A stretch of 64,000 nucleotides of DNA from Gaiellales bacterium. GTDB taxonomy: Bacteria > Actinomycetota > Thermoleophilia > Gaiellales > JAICJC01. Under the pieces are notes generated by a model. It made no database searches. It had not been told where the DNA came from and worked only from the letters and a program-made list of their open reading frames with translations. This document shows positions 9,654 through 18,792 of the stretch, one piece after another. The number at the start of each line of letters is the position of its first letter. Position 1 is the stretch's first letter. The stretch lies in the NCBI GenBank assembly GCA_036403155.1, contig DASWRM010000045.1, positions 44,062 through 108,061 on the forward strand. The letters are read 5' to 3'. A program made the translations under genes and the position numbers.

Positions 9654-11306
9654 TCAGACCCCCTCTCCGACCTTCACCAGGTCGGCCAGATTCATGGAGA
9701 ACTTGCGGTTCTCGCGGTAGTCGATCGGAATCTCCACAACGGACGGCACGTCCAGCGAGAGCGCCCGCTCGATGGTGGGCGCGACATCGTCCGCGGAGGC
9801 GACGCGCATGCCCGCCACGCCGAAGCTCTCGGCCAGCTTGACCAGATCGGGATTCGTGAACTTGGTGCCGGCGAGGTGCCCGAACTTTCGCTGCTGGTGC
9901 ACCTCGATCACGCCGTAGGCGCTGTCCGACCAGACGATGTTGACGAACGCGAGGCCCAGCCGTTTCGCGGTCTCGAGCTCCTGCACGTTCATCAGGAAGC
10001 CGCCGTCGCCCGAGATCGTGACCACCCGGCGCTCCTTGGGGAGCACCATCCTGGCCGCCACGGCGGCGGGGAGGGCGAACCCCATCGCGGCCGCGCCGTT
10101 CGAGATCAGCACCGTGTTCGGCTCGTGGGCCGGCCAGAGGCGCGAGATCCACAGCTTGTGGGCGCCGACGTCGGAGATGAGCAGGTCGTTCGGCCCCATC
10201 AGCGCCCGCAGGTCGCGCAGCACGCGCTGCGGCTTCACAGGAAAGCCGTCGTCCGAGTGCGACTCGAGCGCATCGCGGATCATCTGGCTGTAGTCGGGGG
10301 CGTCGACGTGGGCCGGCGGCTTCTCGGACACGAGGTTGCCGAGGTGCGTCAGGATGTGCGAGATGTCGCCGGTCAGCTCGACGTCCGGGACGTAGTGCGC
10401 GTCGCTCTCGGCCGGCGTCGTGTCGATGCAGATCACGCGCCGGTCCCGCTTCGGGTTCCAGTTGACGGGCGACCACTCCACGAGGTCGTACCCGATGCAG
10501 ACGACGAGGTCGGCCTTGCCCATGAAGCCCTTCGGGTAGTCCTGTGCGCTGAGGCCCGCCGTGAACAGCGCATGCTCGTCGTCGGCGTCGACCACCCCCT
10601 TGCCCATGAACGTGGTGATCACATTCAGGCCGGTCTGCTGCACGAACCGGCGCAGCGCGCCGGCCGCGTTCTGGCGCGCGACGCCGTTGCCCGCCAGGAT
10701 GACGGGCCGCTCTGCGAGCTGGAGCAGCTCGGCGGCGCGGTGCAGCTCCGCCGCGACCGGCTCCGACAGGGTGGGCGCGCGGCGCGGTACGGGGTCTGCT
10801 TCGAGCGGTAGCTCCATGACGTCGGCGGGCAGCTCGAGGTGCGTGGCGCCAGGCTTCTCGCGCTCGGCGACCGCGAATGCCTTGCGCACGGCCTCGGGGA
10901 TGATGTCGGGGTCGTGGACGCGCGCGTTCCACTTGGTCACCGGCTTCATCATCCGGACGACGTCGATGTACTGATGGCTCTCCTTGTGCATCTCGGAGAG
11001 GTCGGTCTGCCCGGTCAGCGCAACGACCGGCGCTCGGTCGAGGAACGCGTCGGCGATACCGGTGACCAGGTTCGTCGCTCCCGGGCCGAGGGTGCCCAGG
11101 CAGACGCCGGCGCGGCCCGTCAGCCGGCCGTACGCATCCGCCATGAACGCGCCGCCCTGCTCGTGGCGTACGGGCACGAACTGGATCGAGGACGATGCGT
11201 CGAGCGCCTCGTTGAGGTCGAGGGTCTCTTCGCCGGGGATGCCGAACACGTGGCGGACGCCCTCGTTCTCGAGGCAGCGGACGAACACGTCGGCAGCGGT
11301 CTTCAT
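9654..11306 (-). CDS. thiamine-diphosphate enzyme, acetolactate synthase large-subunit family
   Basis: 550 aa. The N-terminus is MKTAADVFVRCLENEGVRHVFGIPGEE, and the ThDP motif is GDGGFLMNVQELETA. It sits 1 nt upstream of the ALDH gene on the same strand. Confidence 0.85.
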   Translation of the reverse strand: MKTAADVFVRCLENEGVRHVFGIPGEETLDLNEALDASSSIQFVPVRHEQGGAFMADAYGRLTGRAGVCLGTLGPGATNLVTGIADAFLDRAPVVALTGQTDLSEMHKESHQYIDVVRMMKPVTKWNARVHDPDIIPEAVRKAFAVAEREKPGATHLELPADVMELPLEADPVPRRAPTLSEPVAAELHRAAELLQLAERPVILAGNGVARQNAAGALRRFVQQTGLNVITTFMGKGVVDADDEHALFTAGLSAQDYPKGFMGKADLVVCIGYDLVEWSPVNWNPKRDRRVICIDTTPAESDAHYVPDVELTGDISHILTHLGNLVSEKPPAHVDAPDYSQMIRDALESHSDDGFPVKPQRVLRDLRALMGPNDLLISDVGAHKLWISRLWPAHEPNTVLISNGAAAMGFALPAAVAARMVLPKERRVVTISGDGGFLMNVQELETAKRLGLAFVNIVWSDSAYGVIEVHQQRKFGHLAGTKFTNPDLVKLAESFGVAGMRVASADDVAPTIERALSLDVPSVVEIPIDYRENRKFSMNLADLVKVGEGV

Positions 11307-11351
11307 CGCGCCGGTCAGTCTATCGGCGGGTCGGTTCCGCCGGTGCCGCCG

Positions 11352-12386
11352 CTACCAGAGGTGCCAGCACTTGTCGGCGTCGGAGCCGGCAAGGATCCGC
11401 TGCTCCGCATTCAGCGCGGTCGCCAGCGTGAGGTCGTAGTGGACGCGGCTCCAGCCGGTGATCGTGTAGTTCGCGAGGCCGTCGCGTGTCTGCACGGGCG
11501 AGGGCTGGTAGTTGCCGGGCGGCGGCCCTTCCCAGTACATCATCGGCATCACGCCGGGCCCGTCGACGGTGGCGCGATAGCGCTCCGCGTAGCCGCTGGC
11601 CGACCGGCCGGCGCGGTGGGGCCAGAGCACGTCGCAGAACCCGCCGTCGCTCGGCCGGTGGACGAGGAAGCTGTTCTCCCGGCGCCACCCCTTGCCCCAC
11701 TTCTTGGGGTTGTGCCCGTCGACGAAGACGACGCGCCCGAAGCTGTCGCGCGGTGCGCCGGCCTTCGTGTTCGAGAATCCGTACGTGCCGTGACCCTTGT
11801 AGGACGACCGGCCGTACAGCTTGTCGAGGTGCGGGTAAGCGTGCGTCGACCCCGTCCAGTTCCACTTCAGCCAGAAGCTCGGCAGCTGCCCTTTCCAGTG
11901 CGAGACGTGCAACTCACGCCGTCCGCATCTCGGGCGCGTGCCGCACTTGTAGCCGCCGTTCGGCATCAGTCGGCGCCAGCGCTGCACCGCCCAGTGCGAT
12001 CCATCCGGCATGGTGCAGGCGAACAGCGCCCACGTGAGGCCGCTGTCGGCGTAGGGGCTGCAGACGTTCTGCACCTTCTTCCAGTAGCTCGGGCCCCAGG
12101 GGCTGGCCGAGCCGCCCGAGTAGTCGAGGTGGAAGTGCACCTGGCTGTCGGGGTGCGCGGGATCGGGAACCTTGGCGTTGATTGCGCCCCAGATCAGGAC
12201 GTGCCGCCGCACGCCGTTGCGCGTGTACGAGATGACCGCACGGTTGTGGACGCCGACCTTGAACCGCACGTGCTTCCCGCTCCAGGCGATCATGGCGCTC
12301 GCGTGCGCCGCCGAGGGAGCCGCGAGGGCGGCGACGGCGGCGGAGAGCACGACCCACGTGGCGAAGCGGCGCATCACGGTGACCAT
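11352..12386 (-). CDS. secreted Trp/Cys-rich protein of unknown function
   Basis: The in-frame ATG at 12386 gives MVTVMRRFATWVVLSAAVAALAAPSAAHA (signal peptide). The rest of the 628-aa ORF upstream is Arg/Pro-rich noise. Confidence 0.55.
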   Translation of the reverse strand: MVTVMRRFATWVVLSAAVAALAAPSAAHASAMIAWSGKHVRFKVGVHNRAVISYTRNGVRRHVLIWGAINAKVPDPAHPDSQVHFHLDYSGGSASPWGPSYWKKVQNVCSPYADSGLTWALFACTMPDGSHWAVQRWRRLMPNGGYKCGTRPRCGRRELHVSHWKGQLPSFWLKWNWTGSTHAYPHLDKLYGRSSYKGHGTYGFSNTKAGAPRDSFGRVVFVDGHNPKKWGKGWRRENSFLVHRPSDGGFCDVLWPHRAGRSASGYAERYRATVDGPGVMPMMYWEGPPPGNYQPSPVQTRDGLANYTITGWSRVHYDLTLATALNAEQRILAGSDADKCWHLW

Positions 12387-12512
12387 CGGCACCCTAGCGC
12401 GTTCGCTGAACGGTGTCCGGGCGGCGACGGCAACCGCACTCCAATGCCCGGGTGCGGCGCCGTTGTGCGGATGGTACGTTCGTGCGGTTCTCGACCGAGG
12501 AGGAGCGACGGC

Positions 12513-13103
12513 ATGGCTGTGCTGATGATCCTGGAGTGGCAGGGCGTGACCACGGACGACTACGACCGGGTCAACGAGGCGATGGGCATCACGGGTGACG
12601 ACGACGCGCCGGACGGGCTGATCCAGCACGTGAGCGCGGTGAGCGACGACGGTGACGTGCTGATCGCCGACGTCTGGGAGAGCGAGGAGCAGCTCGGCCG
12701 GTTCGTCGAGTCGCGGCTTGGCCCGGCGATCGGGCAGCTCGGACTTCCCGAGTCCGAGCCCCGCATCATGCCGGTGCACAACACCATCCGCGGCCGCGCG
12801 CAGGAGCCGCGGTTGCTCGTGCTGATCGACGTGCCCACCGGCACGACCGACCAGTACGACGCGATGCTGTCGCAGATGCCCGCACATACGACGGCGGACG
12901 GGCACCCGGCCTACATCCACGTCGCCGCCCGGACAGGCGCCGGGCTGGTCGTCGCCGACGTGTGGCCCTCGCCCGAGGCCTTCGGAGAGTTCGCCGAGCA
13001 GCAGATCGGCCCGGCAGCGCAGCACGCCGGCGTGACCGACATCCAGCCGCGCATGCTTCGTGTGCACAACACCATCCGCGGCCGGGCGGGCGTTCCCTCC
13101 TGA
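12513..13103 (+). CDS. tandem-duplicated small alpha/beta (ABM/Dabb-like) domain protein
   Basis: GAGGAGGAG lies upstream of the ATG at 12513. Two internal repeats both end in ..ADVW.S.E....F.E...GPA.......P R(I/M)(M/L).VHNTIRGRA. Confidence 0.55.
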   Translation: MAVLMILEWQGVTTDDYDRVNEAMGITGDDDAPDGLIQHVSAVSDDGDVLIADVWESEEQLGRFVESRLGPAIGQLGLPESEPRIMPVHNTIRGRAQEPRLLVLIDVPTGTTDQYDAMLSQMPAHTTADGHPAYIHVAARTGAGLVVADVWPSPEAFGEFAEQQIGPAAQHAGVTDIQPRMLRVHNTIRGRAGVPS

Positions 13104-13116
13104 CCCTGCGCCATGC

Positions 13117-13141
13117 GGCCCCCGGCGCGCCGCCGGGGGCC
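13117..13141 (+). terminator. GC-rich hairpin (11-bp perfect stem, 3-nt loop) after the 12513..13103 gene
   Basis: GGCCCCCGGCG-cgc-CGCCGGGGGCC, read directly. There is no U-tract. Confidence 0.4.
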
Positions 13142-13258
13142 GGCTATGCCGCCGTCGCGTCGTTGTACGGCAATTGTGACGGCTGGCGTCTTGTTCCGTG
13201 ACGGGCATCCGGGCCAGGGTGGGCGGGTCACCACGCACACCCGCAAGGAGGGTCCGTC

Positions 13259-13486
13259 ATGTCTCATCGCATCGCCGCCGCCGTCATCTGCCGCGCCAAC
13301 CGCGTCCGCCGCCAGGACGCGGAGGCCGGCCAGGGCACCGTCGAGTACGCCGGTCTCGCCATGGCGATCGGCGTCCTGCTGCTCGCCGTCGGCTCGTATT
13401 TGGGCGGCAAGGATCATGGAATCGGCAGCGTCGTCACCGCGGCGATCAAGTCCGCGGTCGAGCACGCCACCGGCTCCGGCAAGTAG
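13259..13486 (+). CDS. flp: Flp-family type IVb prepilin (orphan copy)
   Basis: A strong RBS (AAGGAGG) lies 6 nt upstream. The leader ends ..DAEAG, followed by QGTVEYAGLAMAIGVLLLAV. This fits the Flp G/xxxxEY processing motif plus a hydrophobic helix. Confidence 0.7.
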   Translation: MSHRIAAAVICRANRVRRQDAEAGQGTVEYAGLAMAIGVLLLAVGSYLGGKDHGIGSVVTAAIKSAVEHATGSGK

Positions 13487-13508
13487 GGCCGGTCAGCGAG
13501 CCGCCCTG

Positions 13509-13541
13509 GGCGGGCGACGGCCGCGGGGGCCGTCGCCCGCC
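13509..13541 (+). terminator. GC-rich hairpin (14-bp perfect stem, 5-nt loop) after flp
   Basis: GGCGGGCGACGGCC-gcggg-GGCCGTCGCCCGCC, read directly. There is no U-tract. Confidence 0.45.
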
Positions 13542-13648
13542 GAGCACGCTCGTATACTCGTGGGATGAGCGTCGACTCCGTACTGCAGGGGGACCCACGT
13601 CACTGCGGCTCGAGCGCCGCTGAGAAGGCTCACGGCCTGACGCTCTGA

Positions 13649-13966
13649 GTGCGCGTGGTGGAGAGCACCGGGACAGCTGTGGGTGTTGTGACCGTCGACA
13701 ACGCCGACGTGCGCGTCACGACGTGGACGTTCGAGCGCGACGGGGCGGACACCGGCCATCACCGGCACGAGTTCGACTACATCGTCGTCCCGGTGACGGG
13801 AGGGACGTTCCGAGTCACCAACGTGGACGGCACCGTGCGTGAGCTGGCGCAGGAGCAGGCCTCCTCGTATCTCGGTAGGGCGGGCACCGAGCACAACGTC
13901 GTCAATGCCTCCGGCGGCCGGGCAGTGTTCGTCGAGATCGAGCTGAAGCGGCCCTCGGCCGGCTGA
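13649..13966 (+). CDS. cupin-domain protein
   Basis: 105-aa ORF with a cupin-like His cluster (GHHRHEFDYIVVPVTGG) and a beta-rich layout. Confidence 0.65.
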   Translation: MRVVESTGTAVGVVTVDNADVRVTTWTFERDGADTGHHRHEFDYIVVPVTGGTFRVTNVDGTVRELAQEQASSYLGRAGTEHNVVNASGGRAVFVEIELKRPSAG

Positions 13967-14033
13967 AGGTCACGCAGCGGTCGGCGGCGGGCGCCGGAGC
14001 GCATGCGGCGCCGGCGCGGTGGCAGCGTGCGCG

Positions 14034-14291
14034 TTACGGCAGGCTCTCGGCCGCCTCCTCGCCGCGGGCGGTCAGCTTCGCGCCGCCGGCCGTGTGCTCA
14101 GCGAGCTCCAGGTGCACGAGGTGCTCGACGTTTTCGGCGATCGCCTGGTGCAGCTGGGCGGAATCGTGGCCCTCGGCATCGTGGCGGCCCTCCGCGGCCA
14201 CCGCATGCGAGATGTCATCGAGCGACGCGGTTCCGCTGCTGCGAAGGATCCGCAGAACGTCGTCCTGGTAGGGGAACCGATTGATGGCCAT
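14034..14291 (-). CDS. small hypothetical protein (possibly winged-helix-like)
   Basis: The ORF starts at MAINRFPYQDDVLRILRSSGTASLDDISHAV. I recognise no family. Confidence 0.35.
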   Translation of the reverse strand: MAINRFPYQDDVLRILRSSGTASLDDISHAVAAEGRHDAEGHDSAQLHQAIAENVEHLVHLELAEHTAGGAKLTARGEEAAESLP

Positions 14292-14436
14292 GCATCCTCC
14301 TTGCACGCGGATACCCAGGCCGCAACCCTACACCCACTCGAGGCGGGAGGTACGGTGTCGCGATGTTCCGTGCCTCGGCCCGTTTCTATGACATCTACGG
14401 CTTCAACGACTACGTGGGTGAGGCCGCGGTTCGCGT

Positions 14437-15150
14437 CTAGCGCAGGATGTTGACGGCCCGCGCCGCGACCAGCAGCACCGTGATCGCCGAGGCGGCCGAC
14501 TCCGTCAGCATGAGCGCCTTCGCCCAACGGGTCAGCGGCATGGCGTCGGTCGGGCTGAACGCGATGGCGTTGGTGAAGGACACGTACATGTAGTCGAACA
14601 GGCGCGGATGCCACCCGGGCTCGGCGAGGCGCGGGTTCTCCATCTGCGGAAACTGGAAGTCGGGCAGCGGCGCGCCGGGCTCCCGCCGCCGCACCGGGCC
14701 GCCGCGGTCGAACGCCCAGTAGAGCAGCCCGAACGCGATCACGTTGGTGCTCCACACGGTGAGCCCCTTCCACAGCAGCTCGCCTCCGTTGTGCTCCTCG
14801 CCTGTGATCACCGACGTGATCAGCGCCACCAGCGCGAACGCGTTGCCCAAGCTGACGACGGCGAGTAGGACCAGCGACGCCCGGCGGCGCATGCCGAGCA
14901 CCTCCAGCTGGCGGCGCGGCAGCGACCACGCCAGCGGCACGAACAGCACCGCTTCCGGGATCGCGAGCACCAGCCAGAACCACCATGGCAGCCCCTTGAG
15001 CGTCCAGCCGCCGCTCTTGCTTGCGACGGCGATGGCTCCATGCAGCGCAACGACGACGGCTACGGCCGGCGCCGCCTCCCAGCGCGACTCGACCTCGGCC
15101 TCGCGGATCTCGTGCTCGTGCGGCTCCTGCCTTGGAGTGGAGCTGCCCAT
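14437..15150 (-). CDS. DUF1345-type integral membrane protein
   Basis: 237 aa with several TM segments. The conserved-looking C-terminal part is FDYMYVSFTNAIAFSPTDAMPLTRWAK. Confidence 0.6.
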   Translation of the reverse strand: MGSSTPRQEPHEHEIREAEVESRWEAAPAVAVVVALHGAIAVASKSGGWTLKGLPWWFWLVLAIPEAVLFVPLAWSLPRRQLEVLGMRRRASLVLLAVVSLGNAFALVALITSVITGEEHNGGELLWKGLTVWSTNVIAFGLLYWAFDRGGPVRRREPGAPLPDFQFPQMENPRLAEPGWHPRLFDYMYVSFTNAIAFSPTDAMPLTRWAKALMLTESAASAITVLLVAARAVNILR

Positions 15151-15169
15151 GGCTAGGCCGGCGGCACGG

Positions 15170-15376
15170 CTACCGCGGCTCGACTGGGAACAGCATCTTC
15201 ACGAGCACGTCCCAGCGCGTGATCGTCCCGTCGGCGACCTCGCAGGTCATGGATATCACCTCGATGCGGGTGATTCCCCTGACCGACCGCGTCGCCGCGG
15301 CCAGCGCCTGGCGCACCGCGTCGTCGGAGCTCTCGGTCGAGCTCCCGATCACCTCGATCACCTTCGTCACCGGCAC
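15170..15376 (-). CDS. dodecin (flavin-binding) family protein
   Basis: GGAGG lies 9 nt upstream of the in-frame GTG at 15376. The 68-aa product VPVTKVIEVIGSSTESSDDAVRQALAAA..ITRIEV....EVADGTITRWDVLVKMLF follows the dodecin pattern. Confidence 0.7.
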   Translation of the reverse strand: MPVTKVIEVIGSSTESSDDAVRQALAAATRSVRGITRIEVISMTCEVADGTITRWDVLVKMLFPVEPR

Positions 15377-15440
15377 GTCGCCGAACCTCCGCCCGCCTGC
15401 TGCTGGTACCGTGTCCCGGTCGTCCGCCGAGAGGATAGCG

Positions 15441-16349
15441 ATGCGGGTGTTGATCATGCAGGATGTGTCGCCGGCGGGGCTGGCCGAGCTCGACGGATTC
15501 GAGCTCGTGCAGGGCACCGATCCGAGTGGCTGCGACGGCGCGGTCTGCTATCTGGTCGACCGGATCGACGACGCGTTCCTCGGCACCGCCGGGCTGAAGG
15601 GGCTTGCCACCGTGTCTGTCGGCCTCGATCACATCGACCTCCCGGCGGCCGAGCGCCATGGCATACCGATCGCCTATACGCCCGACGTGCTCACCGAGGC
15701 GACCGCCGACCTCACGTTCGCGCTGCTGCTCGGGGCGGCGCGAAGGCTGGGGGAGGGCGAGCGATATCTGCGGGCCGGCAGGTGGACGACGTGGAGCTTC
15801 GATCTGATGCTCGGCACCGACGTGCACGGCAAGACGCTGGGGATCGTCGGGCCCGGCCGCATCGGCCGGGCGGTTGCGCGGCGCGCGGAGGGGTTCGCCA
15901 TGCGGGTGCTGTTTGCGGGCCGCGACCGCGGGGAGTTCGACCGCGTGCTGGCGGAGTCGGACTTCGTCGCCATCACGGTGCCCCTGTCGAGCGACACCCG
16001 CCACATGATCGGCATCGACGAGCTCGCGCGGATGAAGCCCGGCGCGATCCTCGTGAACACAAGCCGCGGCCCGGTGGTGGACGAGGCCGCACTCGCGGCA
16101 TCGCTGAGGTCCGGCCACCTGGGTGGGGCGGGGCTCGACGTCTTCGAGGACGAGCCGAACGTGCATCCCGATCTGCTGGCCTGCGAGAACGCCCTGCTCG
16201 TGCCCCACATCGGTTCCGCGACGCGGGAGACGCGCGACGGCATGGCACGGCTGGCCTGCCGGGGGCTGGCGCAGATCCTGCGCGGCGAGCGGCCGCCGAA
16301 TCTGGCGAACCCGCAGGTCTGGCCGGTGGAGGCGGCGGCACCGCGATGA
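15441..16349 (+). CDS. D-isomer-specific 2-hydroxyacid dehydrogenase (glyoxylate/hydroxypyruvate reductase-like)
   Basis: NAD-binding motif GIVGPGRIGRAVARRA, and the catalytic region HIGSATRETR. Confidence 0.85.
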   Translation: MRVLIMQDVSPAGLAELDGFELVQGTDPSGCDGAVCYLVDRIDDAFLGTAGLKGLATVSVGLDHIDLPAAERHGIPIAYTPDVLTEATADLTFALLLGAARRLGEGERYLRAGRWTTWSFDLMLGTDVHGKTLGIVGPGRIGRAVARRAEGFAMRVLFAGRDRGEFDRVLAESDFVAITVPLSSDTRHMIGIDELARMKPGAILVNTSRGPVVDEAALAASLRSGHLGGAGLDVFEDEPNVHPDLLACENALLVPHIGSATRETRDGMARLACRGLAQILRGERPPNLANPQVWPVEAAAPR

Positions 16350-16723
16350 GCCGGGAGGCCGTTCAGGTCGACGCCGACGCCTTGGGGCCCTATTCGCCGG
16401 CAATCGTCGGAGAGGGCCGGTTCGTGTACGTCTCCGGCCAGGGCGCCATCAGCGAGGGGCGCTACCAGGCGGGCAGCGTGGCGGACGAGACGCGCATCGC
16501 GATCGAGAACATGTTCCGCATCCTCGACGCGGCCGGGGCCTCGCCCGCCGATGTCGTTCGCTGCGGCGTCTACCTCACCGACATGGCCTTCTTCGACCAG
16601 ATGAATGCCGCCTACGCCGAGATGTTCCCCGAGCCGCGCCCGGCGCGGACGACGATCGGCGTTGCGTCGCTGCCCGGCGGCATCCGGGTGGAGGTGGACT
16701 GCGTCGCGGTGCTGCCGGCCTAA
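16346..16723 (+). CDS. ridA: RidA/YjgF-family reactive intermediate deaminase
   Basis: ATGA overlap with the upstream stop. GPYSPAIV..FVYVSGQ..ARTTIGVASLPGGIRVEVDCVA. Confidence 0.85.
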   Translation: MSREAVQVDADALGPYSPAIVGEGRFVYVSGQGAISEGRYQAGSVADETRIAIENMFRILDAAGASPADVVRCGVYLTDMAFFDQMNAAYAEMFPEPRPARTTIGVASLPGGIRVEVDCVAVLPA

Positions 16724-17319
16724 CCCGCGTCGGGCCGCGGCGGGTCGTCGTCGTCCGTCGGCTTGAACAGGTCGCGAACGCCGCGTCTGTGCGGACGCTC
16801 GACCGTCACCTGCAGCGGCTGGTCGAGCTTGTCGATCACGCCGTCGACCCCGCCGCGCACCTCGTTCAGCATTGCGCTGGCGGTGGCGATGTCCTGGCGG
16901 AGCGCCGCCATGCCGGTCGAGATCAGATCGACGACCAGCTCCAGGTCCTCGACGCGGCCCAGCCGCTCGGCCAGCAGGTCGCGGTTCACCTGCTCGACCT
17001 GGCGGGACAGCCCGCGGAGCAGTTCCCGCAGCTCCTCCGCCTGGCGGGCGTCGGAGTGCGACGAGAGGGCGCGCTCGACCGCCCGCTCGACGCGAGCGGG
17101 AAGGCTCTCCTCGAGCGCCGCGGCGGTGGAGCGGAGATCGTCGACGTGGCCCTCGGCACGGGCGAGGATGGTGCGCAGGTCCGGCATCGCGGGCCGTGCG
17201 CCCGCCACGTCCGCCGGTTGCACCTCGCCGCCCTCCCCCTTGGCCCGGGAGCGGAGCTCCTGGATGCGGCGGTAGAGCTGTGCCTCCGCCTCTTCCATCG
17301 GGGTTCGGCCCGTCTCCAT
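16720..17319 (-). CDS. hypothetical coiled-coil protein
   Basis: Glu/Arg/Leu-rich, heptad-like sequence starting at METGRTPMEEAEAQLYRRIQELR. The start is uncertain (17319 or 17298). Confidence 0.4.
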   Translation of the reverse strand: METGRTPMEEAEAQLYRRIQELRSRAKGEGGEVQPADVAGARPAMPDLRTILARAEGHVDDLRSTAAALEESLPARVERAVERALSSHSDARQAEELRELLRGLSRQVEQVNRDLLAERLGRVEDLELVVDLISTGMAALRQDIATASAMLNEVRGGVDGVIDKLDQPLQVTVERPHRRGVRDLFKPTDDDDPPRPDAG

Positions 17320-17385
17320 CGCGGCCAGTCTACCCCGCCACGTCCGGGCACGCTGGTACGCTCGTACGAGTCTTCGGGAGGTCAG

Positions 17386-17766
17386 ATGCACGCACAGGAC
17401 GACGAGGTCAGCTACACCCGGATCATCGATCCAGCCCCGGCTGGCGAGGACCTGGCGCCGCCTCCGCGCGGCGACCGGCCGGCCCTTGTCTGGCGTCCAC
17501 GACTGGGCGAAGACCAGACGTACCCGCTCGACGGCCGGCTCACGAAGCTGGGCCGCCACGACGAGAACGATGTCGTCCTGGCCGGGCCAACGGTGTCCGC
17601 GCGGCACGCGACTGTTCGGGTGGAGCCGGTGGGCGTGGTGGTCGAGGACGAGGGCAGCCTGAACGGGACGTTCGTGAACGGCGAGCGGATCGAGCAGCGG
17701 TTGCTGGAGGAGGGCGATCGCATCCAGATCGGCCCGCACCTGCTGCTGTTCGTCCCGGCCGCCTAG
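17386..17766 (+). CDS. FHA-domain protein
   Basis: GGGAGG RBS. The FHA core is TKLGRHDENDVVLAGPTVSARHATV....SLNGTFVNGERI....L..GD.IQIG. Confidence 0.75.
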   Translation: MHAQDDEVSYTRIIDPAPAGEDLAPPPRGDRPALVWRPRLGEDQTYPLDGRLTKLGRHDENDVVLAGPTVSARHATVRVEPVGVVVEDEGSLNGTFVNGERIEQRLLEEGDRIQIGPHLLLFVPAA

Positions 17767-18224
17767 TCGTCGGAGCCGGTGTACTGCAGGTCCGCCCACG
17801 ACGGCACCGGCGCCAGTTCGACGAGCGGCGCCTGGTCGCTCGGCATGCGGTACGCGAAGCTGCCGGAGTCCTCGTCGAACGAGACGTCGAGCAGCCCGGC
17901 CTTCACGCGATGATCGAGCCATGCCCCGCGGAACACCAGCTTGCGGAGCCAGTAGGTGAGCGTCTCGGGATGCAGCTCGTCGAGCTGCCGGCCGCATTCC
18001 TGGAGGTGCTCCCCGAGCAGGCTCCGCGGCTCGGCCACCCGTCCCGTGGAGGCCAGTTCCACGAGGTCGTCGGCCTCGTCCTCGGACAGATCGCGCGCCG
18101 GCACCAGTTCCAGTCGGACGGCCGCCGCGACCACGCGCTGGGCGAAGTCGGTGCGCGAGAACGCGTACCGGTAGTCGAGGAACTCGACCACGAAGTCCTC
18201 CCCGGAGTGGTAGTGCGCGTCCAC
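17763..18224 (-). CDS. hypothetical acidic protein
   Basis: This is the C-terminal part of ORF 17763..18389. The GTG at 18224 was chosen because the region upstream of it is Arg-rich noise. I recognise no family. Confidence 0.35.
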   Translation of the reverse strand: MDAHYHSGEDFVVEFLDYRYAFSRTDFAQRVVAAAVRLELVPARDLSEDEADDLVELASTGRVAEPRSLLGEHLQECGRQLDELHPETLTYWLRKLVFRGAWLDHRVKAGLLDVSFDEDSGSFAYRMPSDQAPLVELAPVPSWADLQYTGSDD

Positions 18225-18239
18225 GGAAGGGAAGTGTAG

Positions 18240-18581
18240 GTGCCGAGAATTCGCGTCGAACGCGGCCCGGTGGTGTGCGAGCAGGGTCAGCTTGCGACGT
18301 CGGCGTGGACGCGGACGAAGGGCCTGCTCGGCCGCTCCGGAATGGCCGCGGACGATGGCCTCTGGATCCAGCCGACCAGCTCCATCCACATGTGGTTCAT
18401 GCGGTTTGCAATCGATGTCGTCTGGGCGGCCGATGACGGGCGAGTGCTGAAGCTGGTCGAGAACATCAAGCCCTGGCGGATGAGCTTCTGCCGAGGCGCG
18501 AAGGTCGCACTCGAGCTGCCGGTCGGCGCGATCGCTCGGAGCGGCGTGCAGGTCGGCGATTATCTGGTGATCGAGCGCTAG
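18240..18581 (+). CDS. DUF192-family protein
   Basis: KGLLGRSGMAADDGLWIQPTSSIHMWFMRFAIDVVW...PW matches the DUF192 pattern. Confidence 0.65.
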   Translation: MPRIRVERGPVVCEQGQLATSAWTRTKGLLGRSGMAADDGLWIQPTSSIHMWFMRFAIDVVWAADDGRVLKLVENIKPWRMSFCRGAKVALELPVGAIARSGVQVGDYLVIER

Positions 18582-18792
18582 CGCGCTGGTGGGGTGGTGG
18601 AAAGCCGCGTTTTCTGCTCTGAAATCGGATGAAATTGCAACAAGTCTCGTTACAGGCCTTCCAATCCACCGATCTGTGACCTACGATGCGAAACGTGCCC
18701 AACGGCGGCGGGGCGCACAACCAGACCCCGCCGGATTGGGCTGATCGGCCCGACTCCCCCCGCGATCCGGCCGACCCAAGGAGCCAGGAGAC

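Noticed and set aside
13565-13645. A 26-codon ORF (MSVDSVLQGDPRHCGSSAAEKAHGLTL) upstream of the cupin gene.
   Set aside because: It has no RBS, no hydrophobic or conserved character, and no supporting context. It is likely a chance ORF.
5440-17766. Convergent gene pairs share overlapping stops inside a CTAG (5440-5443, 14437-14440, 17763-17766), considered as a possible special signal.
   Set aside because: It recurs at unrelated loci. It is simply the most compact way to overlap two TAG stops, and looks like a genome-wide packing habit rather than a specific element. Only the extended 11-mer repeat at 5438/5980 was kept as a finding.
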